This document shows positions 36,461 to 44,091 of a stretch of 44,091 nucleotides of DNA, in pieces. How positions within the stretch are numbered: position 1 is the stretch's first letter; each line of letters begins with the position of its first letter. The stretch is taken from the NCBI GenBank assembly GCA_003565135.1, contig PXDC01000071.1:1-44091 (forward strand), given 5' to 3'. Under the pieces are notes generated by a model. The model searched no databases and was not told the origin of the DNA. It saw only the letters and a list, made by a program, of their open reading frames with translations. The translations under genes and the position numbers were made by a program. Source of the DNA: Verrucomicrobiota bacterium. Its GTDB lineage: Bacteria > Verrucomicrobiota > Verrucomicrobiia > Opitutales > T3Sed10-336.

Positions 36461-36558
36461 GACAGCTTACGGGGTTGTGGTTTCCCGGCCCGGTTCCGGT
36501 CACCGCCCCGTGTTCGTTCGAACCGGGACGGTGTCCGGGGACGGGATCGGGAGAGGGG

Positions 36559-39327
36559 TCACTCCAGCGCGGCCTGGGCGGCGGCGAGGCGGGCGATCGG
36601 AACCCGGTTGGGCGAGCAGCTCACGTAGCTGAGACCGATCTGGTGGCAGAACCGGATGGAATCCGGGTCGCCCCCGTGTTCCCCGCAGATACCGAGCTTG
36701 ATCGACTTGCGCGTGGTACGGCCCTTATCGGTCGCGATTTTCATCAGGCCGCCGACCCCCGTCTTGTCCACGGTGGCAAAGGGGTTCTGCGGAACGATGT
36801 CGAGTTGCTGGTACAGCGGCAGGAACGCGGCGGTGTCATCCCGGCTCATGCCGAGCGTGGTCTGGGTCAGGTCGTTGGTGCCGAAGCTGAAGAATTCCGC
36901 GGTTTCGGCGATTTCGTCGGCCGCGATCGCGGCGCGCGGCACCTCGATCATGGTGCCGACGAGGTACTTGATTTTGACCTTCTTTTTGTCCATGACCTCA
37001 CGGGCCACGCGATGGATGATCGCAACCTGATTTTCCAACTCGCCGGGATACCCGACAAGCGGCACCATGATTTCCGGTTCCACCGGAATGGGCTTCTTTG
37101 CCTTGAGCAGGCTGGCGGCCGCTTCGAAGATGGCCCGCGCCTGCATCTCGGTGATTTCCGGGTAGGCGATGCCCAGGCGGCAGCCGCGGTGGCCGAGCAT
37201 GGGGTTCTGTTCGTGGAGCGCCTTGACCCGTTCGACGATGCGTTCCTGCGGAATGTTCAGGGTTTCCGCGAGTCCCCGAATGGCGGTGTCGTCGTGCGGG
37301 AGGAACTCGTGCAGCGGCGGATCGAGCAGGCGAATCGTTACCGGGTGACCTTTCATGGCTTTGAACAGTCCGATGAAGTCCTTGCGCTGGAACGGAAGGA
37401 GCTTGGCCAGGGCGGCTCGCCGGGACTTCTCCGTTTCGGCGATGATCATCTCCCGCATGGAAATGATGCGGTCGCCTTCGAAGAACATGTGTTCGGTGCG
37501 GCAGAGGCCGATGCCGGCGGCGCCCATGGCGATGGCCTGCGCGGCCTGGGTCGGGCTGTCGGCGTTGGTGCGGATACCGAGGCGGCGGACTTTGTCGGCC
37601 CACGTCATGACCTGGTCGAACAGCTGGTAGGTGTAGCTGTCCTTGGCCTTGAGTTTGCCGGAGAGGACCTGGTTGACCTCCGAGGGGGCGGTGGGAACAA
37701 AGCCGGCGAAGACCTCGCCGGTGGTGCCGTCGATGGAAATCTCGTCGAACTCCTTGATCGTGAGCGAGCCGACCCGCATCTGGCGTTTGCGGTAGTCCAC
37801 CACGATGTCCGAGGCGCCGCAGACGCAGACCTTGCCCATCTGGCGGGCGACGAGGGCGGCGTGGGAGCTGACCCCGCCGCGGGAGGTCAGGATCCCCTCG
37901 GAGGCGAGCATGCCGCGAATGTCCTCGGGCGACGTCTCCGTGCGGCAGAGAATGACCCGTTCACCTTTGGCGGTCTGGCGCTCGGCTTCGCCGGCGCTGA
38001 AGACGGCTTTTCCGGATGCCGCGCCGGGACCCGCGGGAAGGCCGGTGGCGATGACTTTGACCTTCTTTCGGCCCTCGGGATCGAAGATCGGCACCAGCAG
38101 GGTGGAGACCGACTCGGCCGGAATCCGGGTGAGGGCGGTCTTCCAGTTTATCAGTCGCTCGTTGACCATTTCAACCGCGATGCGGACGGCGGCGAGACCG
38201 GTGCGCTTCCCGTTGCGGGTCTGGAGCATGTAGAGCTCGTTATCCTCCACGGTGAACTCGAAATCCTGCAGGTCGCGGAAGTGGCGTTCCAGCTTCCGGC
38301 GCACGAGTTCCAGCTCCTTGTGGGCGTGGGGCATCTCCACGGCCAGTTCCGCGATCGGCTTGGGCGTGCGGGTTCCCGCGACCACGTCTTCCCCCTGGGC
38401 GTTGATGAGGTACTCGCCGTAAAAGACCTTATCCCCCGAGGCCGGGTCGCGGGTGAAGGCGACGCCGGTGGCGGAGGTTTCGCCCATGTTGCCGAAGACC
38501 ATGGCCTGGACGTTGACCGCGGTGCCCCACTCGTGCGGGATGTTGTACTTGCGGCGATAGATGATGGCGCGGTCGTTGTTCCAGGACTGGAATACGGCGC
38601 CGACCGCTCCGTGCAGTTGCTTGTGAACGTCCTGTGGAAAAGCGCCGCCGGTGATACGTTTGATCAGGGCCTTGTAGCGCTTGATCAACTCGATGAGGTT
38701 GTCCGTGGTCAAGTCGGTATCCGTCGTCACGCCGACCTCCTTCTTGAGGTCGTCCATCACCTCGTCGAACGGTTCGTGGGCGTGCTCGTCCTCCGGCTGG
38801 ACGCCCATGACGACGTCGCCGTACATCTGAATAAAACGCCGGTAGCAGTCGTAGGCAAAGCGGGGGCTGCCGGATTTCTCAGCGAGTCCCTGGACGGTGA
38901 CGTCGTTGAGACCGAGGTTGAGAATGGTGTCCATCATGCCGGGCATGGAATCCCGGGCGCCCGAGCGCACGGAGAACAGGAGCGGATTCTTCGGGTCGCC
39001 GAATTTTTTGCCGGTCTGTTTTTCGACCGCGCGGAGGGCGTCGTTGATCTCCTTTTCCAGGCCCTTCGGGTAGGTGTTGTTGTTTTCGTAGTATTCGGTG
39101 CAGACTTCGGTCGTGATGGTGAACCCGGGAGGAACCGGCAGCCCGATCCGCGACATCTCAGCCAGGTTTGCCCCCTTGCCCCCGAGCAGCGGTTTCATGG
39201 TGCCGTTTCCGTCGGTCTTTTTTCCGAAGGCGTAGACGAGCTTCGTCTTTTTGGCGGAGCGTTTCGCCGCGGTTTTCTTCGCGGCCGCCCGGGCGGTTTT
39301 TTTCTTGGCAGTGGCTTTGCGTGGCAT
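36559..39327 (-). CDS. ppdK: Pyruvate, phosphate dikinase with a Lys/Ala-rich N-terminal extension
   Basis: 922 aa. [12 protein letters not shown], phosphohistidine motif [15 protein letters not shown], and PEP/pyruvate domain ICGEHGGDP. The conserved N-terminal strand KLVYAFG begins at residue 29. Confidence 0.96.
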   Translation of the reverse strand: MPRKATAKKKTARAAAKKTAAKRSAKKTKLVYAFGKKTDGNGTMKPLLGGKGANLAEMSRIGLPVPPGFTITTEVCTEYYENNNTYPKGLEKEINDALRAVEKQTGKKFGDPKNPLLFSVRSGARDSMPGMMDTILNLGLNDVTVQGLAEKSGSPRFAYDCYRRFIQMYGDVVMGVQPEDEHAHEPFDEVMDDLKKEVGVTTDTDLTTDNLIELIKRYKALIKRITGGAFPQDVHKQLHGAVGAVFQSWNNDRAIIYRRKYNIPHEWGTAVNVQAMVFGNMGETSATGVAFTRDPASGDKVFYGEYLINAQGEDVVAGTRTPKPIAELAVEMPHAHKELELVRRKLERHFRDLQDFEFTVEDNELYMLQTRNGKRTGLAAVRIAVEMVNERLINWKTALTRIPAESVSTLLVPIFDPEGRKKVKVIATGLPAGPGAASGKAVFSAGEAERQTAKGERVILCRTETSPEDIRGMLASEGILTSRGGVSSHAALVARQMGKVCVCGASDIVVDYRKRQMRVGSLTIKEFDEISIDGTTGEVFAGFVPTAPSEVNQVLSGKLKAKDSYTYQLFDQVMTWADKVRRLGIRTNADSPTQAAQAIAMGAAGIGLCRTEHMFFEGDRIISMREMIIAETEKSRRAALAKLLPFQRKDFIGLFKAMKGHPVTIRLLDPPLHEFLPHDDTAIRGLAETLNIPQERIVERVKALHEQNPMLGHRGCRLGIAYPEITEMQARAIFEAAASLLKAKKPIPVEPEIMVPLVGYPGELENQVAIIHRVAREVMDKKKVKIKYLVGTMIEVPRAAIAADEIAETAEFFSFGTNDLTQTTLGMSRDDTAAFLPLYQQLDIVPQNPFATVDKTGVGGLMKIATDKGRTTRKSIKLGICGEHGGDPDSIRFCHQIGLSYVSCSPNRVPIARLAAAQAALE

Positions 39328-39632
39328 CTGTTCTGATGGTGTTGTTGTTTGGTGCGAATGAATTCGCTTTTGAGAATGGAAACCATCAGTTGAAAACGGA
39401 TCGTTTCTTTGGTGTCAATGACTTAACCGTGTTGAATTAGCGGGTCTCAGGACGGTGGGGCGGTGGAACGGCCGGGGTCGGCCGTCGCGACGATCCCGGG
39501 ATCGATCCCGGAACCTTCCCGCGTGCCGGTTGCGAACGAATCACGGAGCGTCGCATGGCGGCCGCCCGGACGCCGTTTCCGCACGCTTTGCCGGTTGCAA
39601 ATTCGCAGCTTCGCGGCCAAGTTTCTGCCACG

Positions 39633-40493
39633 ATGAGTGACGAGCGCCGGCAACGTGATGGTTCCGATTGGGAGGATCCCGAATGGGAGGACGACCAGGA
39701 CGGTATCGACGAGGATTCCGGGAACCCGAAGGCCATGGGGTTCCTCGATCACCTCGACGAATTGCGCTGGACGCTGGCCAAATCCGCCGGAGTCTTCCTG
39801 ATCGCCGCCCTGCTGGTGGCTTTCTTCCTCAAGGATTTTGCCTCGCTGCTGAATTGGCCCTTGCGCAGCGCGATGGGAGAGTCGGGACTGTTGGACGGGC
39901 TGGTGACCACCTCGCCGACGGCTGTGTTTTCCGTGCTGGTACAGCTCTGCTTTCTCGGCGGCCTCGGTCTGTCGTTGCCGTTTATCCTCTACTTTATCGC
40001 CCAGTTCGTCGCACCCGCTCTGACCCGTCGGGAATTGAAGCTGCTCAAGCCGGTGTGCCTCGCCTGCCTCGGCCTTTTCCTGGGCGGGGCGTTTTTCAGC
40101 TACCTGGTGCTGGTTCCCGGGGTGATCCGTTTCTCCGTTTCCCTCAACGAAATGCTGGGCCTGCAGCTCCTCTGGTCGGCCGACCGCTACTACAACATGC
40201 TTGTGTGGATGACGGTGGGAATCGGCATGGCTTTTCAGTTTCCCATGGTGATCTGCCTGCTGGTTTACCTCGGCCTGGTGACCACGGAAAAGCTTCGCAG
40301 CGGTCGCCCCTACGCCATCGTGGCCTTTTTTGTTGCCGGCATGACATTGACCGCAACCTGGGATCCGGTGACCCAAACCATGGTGGCGCTTCCGATGTGG
40401 GGGCTTTACGAAATCGCCATCATCGTCGGCCGGCAGATGGAAAAGCGCCGGGCTGACGAACTGGCCGAAGCCGGGGTGGATGGACCGGCGTAG
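39633..40493 (+). CDS. tatC: Twin-arginine translocase subunit TatC
   Basis: FLDHLDELRWTL and six TM helices with the typical TatC pattern (FLGGLGLSLPFILYFIAQFVAPAL). The start is ambiguous: 39633 (MSDERR..., adding about 34 acidic residues) or 39735 (MGFLDHLDELR). Confidence 0.88.
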   Translation: MSDERRQRDGSDWEDPEWEDDQDGIDEDSGNPKAMGFLDHLDELRWTLAKSAGVFLIAALLVAFFLKDFASLLNWPLRSAMGESGLLDGLVTTSPTAVFSVLVQLCFLGGLGLSLPFILYFIAQFVAPALTRRELKLLKPVCLACLGLFLGGAFFSYLVLVPGVIRFSVSLNEMLGLQLLWSADRYYNMLVWMTVGIGMAFQFPMVICLLVYLGLVTTEKLRSGRPYAIVAFFVAGMTLTATWDPVTQTMVALPMWGLYEIAIIVGRQMEKRRADELAEAGVDGPA

Positions 40494-40693
40494 GTGGAGC
40501 GGAGGCGCGACGGCCCGATCGAAAAATTGAGTTGCTCTCCGGGCGGTGGCCTGTGGTATCCTCGGGGAGTGACGACGGGCGGGTCTGTCGGCGTCCATCC
40601 ATCCCCGGAAGGGGAAACCTTGGATGTACGACTCCGGCGAGACCTCTCGCAAATGGAGGAGATGCCCCGGCGACACATCAACGAAGGAGTAAG

Positions 40694-40945
40694 ATGACAA
40701 ATAAGTTATATGTAGGCAATTTGCCTTTCAGTTCGACGGAGGATTCGCTCAAGGCGCTGTTTTCGGAGGCCGGTACGGTGGATGAAGTGGCCTTGATCAA
40801 GGACCGGATGAGTGGGAAATCGAGGGGCTTCGCTTTTGTGACCATGGCTTCGGAAGCCGACGCACAGAAGGGGATCGACGCGTTTGACGGAAAGGACTTC
40901 GAGGGGCGCAAGCTCGTCGTCAATATGGCGCGGCCCCGGGAATAG
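40694..40945 (+). CDS. Small RRM-type RNA-binding protein
   Basis: 83 aa with RNP-2 (LYVGNL) and RNP-1 (KSRGFAFVTM). AAGGAG lies 5-10 nt upstream of the ATG at 40694. Confidence 0.9.
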   Translation: MTNKLYVGNLPFSSTEDSLKALFSEAGTVDEVALIKDRMSGKSRGFAFVTMASEADAQKGIDAFDGKDFEGRKLVVNMARPRE

Positions 40946-41217
40946 CCGGGCGGACCTGAAGCGGAGGCGGTGTCGAGCCGCCTTGAAACGGGGGACGTCC
41001 CGCACAATCCGGCTTTTCCCACGGGGTCGGCTCCGGCGGGGTGCGACCGGAGGTGAATCCTTCCCGCGACCGGTTCGGGCGGACCGGCCGGCACGGGCGG
41101 GACACACGCGGAATGTTTGGGCCGCGTCGCCGGTTCATCGCCCGAAGTTTCCGGTTGCGCGATGCGGAAAATACCGCTACGCTGCTTCGTTTGATCTGAA
41201 CGGAAGGAACGTGTATT

Positions 41218-42648
41218 ATGGCAAAAAGTTTGTTTGACAAGGTATGGGATGCGCACGCGGTCAGGGATTTGTCCGCCGGCCAGACCCAACTTCTCATCGG
41301 CGCTCACCTCATCCACGAGGTGACCAGCCCCCAGGCCTTTGGCATGCTGCGGGAACTCGGCCTGAAGGTGCACATGCCGGAGCGCACGTTTGCCACCGTC
41401 GACCACATCGTGCCCACGGACGAGCGGGCGGAGCCGTTCTCCGACCAACTGGCGGACGCCATGATCAAGGAGCTTCGGCGCAACTGCGAGGAGTTCGGCG
41501 TGACTTATTTCGATATCGCGTCGGGGCGCCAGGGCATCGTCCACGTGGTCGGTCCGGAGCAGGGAATCACCCAGCCGGGCACGACGATTGCCTGCGGCGA
41601 TTCGCACACGTCCACCCACGGGGCCTTCGGCGCCATCGCATTTGGAATCGGCACGAGCCAGGTTCGTGATGTTCTGGCTACCCAGACCCTGGCGATCAGC
41701 AAGCCGAAGCTCCGCCGGATCAATGTCGACGGGGAACTCCAGCCCGGGGTTTACGCCAAGGACGTCATTCTCTACATCATACGCAAACTCGGGGTCAAAG
41801 GGGGCAACGGTTACGCCTACGAGTACGGCGGCGAGGTGTTCGACCGCTTCAACATGGAGGAGCGGATGACCGTCTGCAATATGTCCATCGAAGGCGGGGC
41901 CCGGGTGGGGTATGTCAACCCGGACGAAAAAACGTTCGAGTACCTCAAGGGCCGGCCGTATTCACCCAAAGGGAAGGAATGGGACGCCGCGGTGGAACGC
42001 TGGAAAGCGTTGGCTTCCGATCCCGGTTGCGCCTACGACGACGTCGTGAACTTCCGCGCCGAGGACATCCTGCCCAGTGTCACCTGGGGCATTACGCCGG
42101 GGCAGGGGGTTTTTATCGACGAGACCATCCCGGATCCGGACGAGGTCGGTGAAGCCGAGCGGGATGCGGTGACCGAGGCCCTCGAGCACATGAAGCTCAA
42201 GCCGGGGGCCCCGATAAAGGGCACCCCCATCGATGTCGCCTTTCTGGGAAGTTGCACCAACGCGCGGTTGACCGATTTTCAGGAGGTGGCCCGGTACCTC
42301 AGGGGACGCAAGGTCGCCTCCGGGGTTAAAGCGATTGTGGTTCCCGGTTCCATGGCCGTGGGCAAAATCTGCGAAGAACTGGGGATCGACCGGGTTTTTA
42401 AGGACGCCGGTTTCGAGTGGCGGGGTGCCGGGTGCTCCATGTGCCTGGCCATGAATCCGGACAAGCTGGTCGGCGATCAGCTCTGCGCGAGTTCGAGCAA
42501 CCGCAATTTCAAGGGACGGCAGGGGAGTCCGGTCGGGCGCACCATCCTGATGAGTCCCCTGATGGTCGCGGCCGCCGCGGTCACCGGGGAAATCAGCGAC
42601 GCCCGCGAGGTGTTCGGCATCGAGAGTCCCACCCTCGTGGGCGCCTGA
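41218..42648 (+). CDS. leuC: 3-isopropylmalate dehydratase large subunit
   Basis: 476 aa with [34 protein letters not shown] and [11 protein letters not shown] (Fe-S cysteine ligands). Confidence 0.96.
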   Translation: MAKSLFDKVWDAHAVRDLSAGQTQLLIGAHLIHEVTSPQAFGMLRELGLKVHMPERTFATVDHIVPTDERAEPFSDQLADAMIKELRRNCEEFGVTYFDIASGRQGIVHVVGPEQGITQPGTTIACGDSHTSTHGAFGAIAFGIGTSQVRDVLATQTLAISKPKLRRINVDGELQPGVYAKDVILYIIRKLGVKGGNGYAYEYGGEVFDRFNMEERMTVCNMSIEGGARVGYVNPDEKTFEYLKGRPYSPKGKEWDAAVERWKALASDPGCAYDDVVNFRAEDILPSVTWGITPGQGVFIDETIPDPDEVGEAERDAVTEALEHMKLKPGAPIKGTPIDVAFLGSCTNARLTDFQEVARYLRGRKVASGVKAIVVPGSMAVGKICEELGIDRVFKDAGFEWRGAGCSMCLAMNPDKLVGDQLCASSSNRNFKGRQGSPVGRTILMSPLMVAAAAVTGEISDAREVFGIESPTLVGA

Positions 42649-42698
42649 GGCGAACCGGGGCAATCAATCATTTCAAGCACGCTCTAAAAGGGAAGCAA

Positions 42699-43295
42699 AT
42701 GGCACTGGAAAAAATCACTAAGGTCGAAGGCAAGGCGGTCTACGTTCCCGGCGACGATATCGACACGGACCGTATCATTCCGGCCCGGTTCATGAAATGT
42801 ATCACGTTCGACGGGCTCGGTGAATTCGCGTTTTACGACGTGCGTAAAAACGAGGATGGCAGCGACAAAAAACACCCGCTCAACGATCCCCGCCACGCGG
42901 GCGCCACCATCATGCTGAGCGGTTCCAATTTTGGCTGCGGCAGCTCCCGGGAGCACGCGCCCCAGGCCCTGCACAAGGCGGGATTCCGGGGTATCGTGGC
43001 GGAGAGTTACGCCGAGATTTTCTTCGGCAACAGCACCACCCTCGGAATCCCCTGCTTTACCGCCGGCCGCCAGCAGATCCGCGAACTCGCCGCCGCGATC
43101 GACGCCGACCCCGAACTCACGGTGGAGCTCGACGTGGAAAACGAGGTTATCCGCTGTGGCGGAAAGGAATATCCGGGGGCGCTTCGGGATTCGGCCCGAA
43201 ACAGCCTTCTGAGCGGCCGCTGGGATCCCATCGCCGAATTGATCGAAGGCACCGAACAGGTCGACGAGCTCGCCCGGCGCCTCAACTATGTGTGA
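42699..43295 (+). CDS. leuD: 3-isopropylmalate dehydratase small subunit
   Basis: Start at MALEKITKVEG (42699), then DDIDTDRIIPARF, GSNFGCGSSREHAPQAL and GIVAESYAEIFFGN. It lies 50 nt downstream of leuC. Confidence 0.95.
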   Translation: MALEKITKVEGKAVYVPGDDIDTDRIIPARFMKCITFDGLGEFAFYDVRKNEDGSDKKHPLNDPRHAGATIMLSGSNFGCGSSREHAPQALHKAGFRGIVAESYAEIFFGNSTTLGIPCFTAGRQQIRELAAAIDADPELTVELDVENEVIRCGGKEYPGALRDSARNSLLSGRWDPIAELIEGTEQVDELARRLNYV

Positions 43296-43376
43296 CCCCG
43301 CTCCGGTATCCCGGGGAATTCCCGGAGCGGGTGTTATAATAGAGACGACAGGTATGAAAGCGGTGTCCGGTTTGGA

Positions 43377-43940
43377 ATGAAGGAGCTGATCGAAGGAGCC
43401 GGCATTTTTATCTACCCGCTGGGAGCCTGCTCTTTGCTGGCGGCGTTCATCATCGTGGAACGCCTGTACAGCCTCGTCAGCCGTCGGGTCTGCCCTCCGG
43501 ATCTGGTGAGGAAGGTTTCCGAGGGAGAGGCGGTCGACCCCGGGGAGGGTTCCGCCCTGGGCCGGGTGGTGGGTTTCGCCCGCCGGGGCGATGTGGACAA
43601 GAGCGCGGTCAAGGCGGTGGCCCGGGTGGAGGTCAACCGCCTCCAGCGGGGGCTGGTGCTGCTCGAAGTGGTGATCGGTGCGGCGCCGCTCCTCGGGTTG
43701 CTGGGCACGGTGACCGGGCTGATCCGGGTCTTCGGCAACATCTCCGCCGACACCGGCCTGCCCGAACCCCAGGCATTTGTCGAAGGGGTGGCGCTGGCGT
43801 TGACCACCACTGTGATCGGCCTGTCGATCGCCATACCCTCGCTCATCGCCAACGGGTACCTGCAGCGCCGGGTGGAAACCTACGCCGTCCAGATCGAATC
43901 GATCGTGGACCTGATGTTTGGAAGAGACGAGGAGTCATGA
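43377..43940 (+). CDS. MotA/TolQ/ExbB proton-channel family protein
   Basis: 187 aa with three TM helices and the conserved C-terminal segment (APLLGLLGTVTGLIRVF...GVALALTTTVIGLSIAIPS). Confidence 0.85.
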   Translation: MKELIEGAGIFIYPLGACSLLAAFIIVERLYSLVSRRVCPPDLVRKVSEGEAVDPGEGSALGRVVGFARRGDVDKSAVKAVARVEVNRLQRGLVLLEVVIGAAPLLGLLGTVTGLIRVFGNISADTGLPEPQAFVEGVALALTTTVIGLSIAIPSLIANGYLQRRVETYAVQIESIVDLMFGRDEES

Positions 43941-44091
43941 GCCTGAAGCCCAAACGGCGCCGTCCCGAGATCAACATCGTTCCGCTTATCGATGTCCTCA
44001 CGATTCTCATTTTCTTTTTCCTCGTCACGATGCAATTCCGCGAACTGCAGGCGCTCAACCTGACGCTGCCGGCCATTGAAACCGCCGGGGC
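43937..44091 (+). CDS. ExbD/TolR-family protein, N-terminal fragment (runs off the window end)
   Basis: ATGA overlap with the upstream gene. MSLKPKRRRPEINIVPLIDVLTILIFFFLVT is the canonical ExbD/TolR N-terminus. Confidence 0.8.
   Translation, partial: MSLKPKRRRPEINIVPLIDVLTILIFFFLVTMQFRELQALNLTLPAIETAG

Noticed and set aside
36475-39336. A 953-aa stop-free ORF on the plus strand, exactly antisense to the whole ppdK gene
   Set aside because: The minus-strand frame encodes an unmistakable PPDK with all catalytic motifs. The antisense product is low-complexity and Gly/Arg/Asp/Val/His-rich (GGRGDH-type strings), with no recognisable motif, start context or RBS. In GC-rich genomes, the frame antisense to a strongly GC3-biased gene is depleted in TAA, TAG and TGA. 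I treat it as a compositional artefact, although only ribosome profiling or proteomics could formally exclude expression.
41113-41199. A 28-codon upstream ORF before leuC (MFGPRRRFIARSFRLRDAENTATLLRLI, three Leu in the last six codons) as a possible leucine leader peptide
   Set aside because: It ends only 18 nt before the leuC ATG, so there is no room for a downstream terminator/antiterminator as in classical leu attenuation. The Leu codons are not consecutive and use mixed codons (CTG, CTT, TTG). No convincing alternative hairpins were seen by eye. It might still influence leuC initiation by coupling, but the evidence is too thin to call.
1-44091. Search for CRISPR arrays, IS or transposon ends, integrases, phage genes, toxin-antitoxin pairs or defence-island signatures
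   Set aside because: None was found. The only repeats are 8-13 nt and occur twice each. No ORF has transposase, integrase, recombinase, nuclease-NTPase or TA-like motifs. There is no low-GC island, and flanking genes are core metabolism, translation or envelope functions.

Overview
GC-rich (by eye roughly 60-65% G+C), gene-dense bacterial chromosomal window. I recognise 38 protein-coding genes, most on the minus strand. I see no rRNA or tRNA genes, no CRISPR array, no transposase, integrase or phage genes, and no low-GC island; the only AT-rich stretches are short intergenic promoter or terminator regions. The content is mostly core housekeeping: accA, argS, efp, fused lpxC-fabZ plus lpxA, a Na/Pi cotransporter with a PhoU-like protein, an LptF/G permease, an ABC-F ATPase, nadK, uvrA, ppdK, tatC, leuCD and exbBD-type genes. 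Envelope and redox proteins and a few poorly characterised families are interspersed. The gene set (lpxC-fabZ fusion, small RRM RNA-binding protein, DUF6807/PmoA-family lipoprotein, CE15-like hydrolase, Lys/Ala-rich tail) suggests a PVC-group or Verrucomicrobiota-like organism; this is inference only. I did not find a convincing multi-gene novel system such as a defence system, toxin-antitoxin pair, secretion system or biosynthetic cluster. The most unusual observations are at single-gene level. (1) A thymidine-phosphorylase-family gene has its catalytic signature loop and several other near-invariant active-site positions replaced, and a canonical-looking GRGICH appears in another frame. (2) An 813-aa secreted tandem alpha/beta-hydrolase has a second module with Ala in place of the nucleophile Ser. 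(3) Pyruvate phosphate dikinase carries a 28-aa Lys/Ala-rich, histone-H1-like N-terminal extension and a structured leader. (4) EF-P has Arg at loop position 32 and no modification gene nearby. (5) A DUF6807 lipoprotein and an atypically long enolase-superfamily gene form a divergent pair. Several short intergenic repeats are recorded as low-confidence regulatory candidates. Many gene-length antisense ORFs in the track are treated as GC-composition artefacts.
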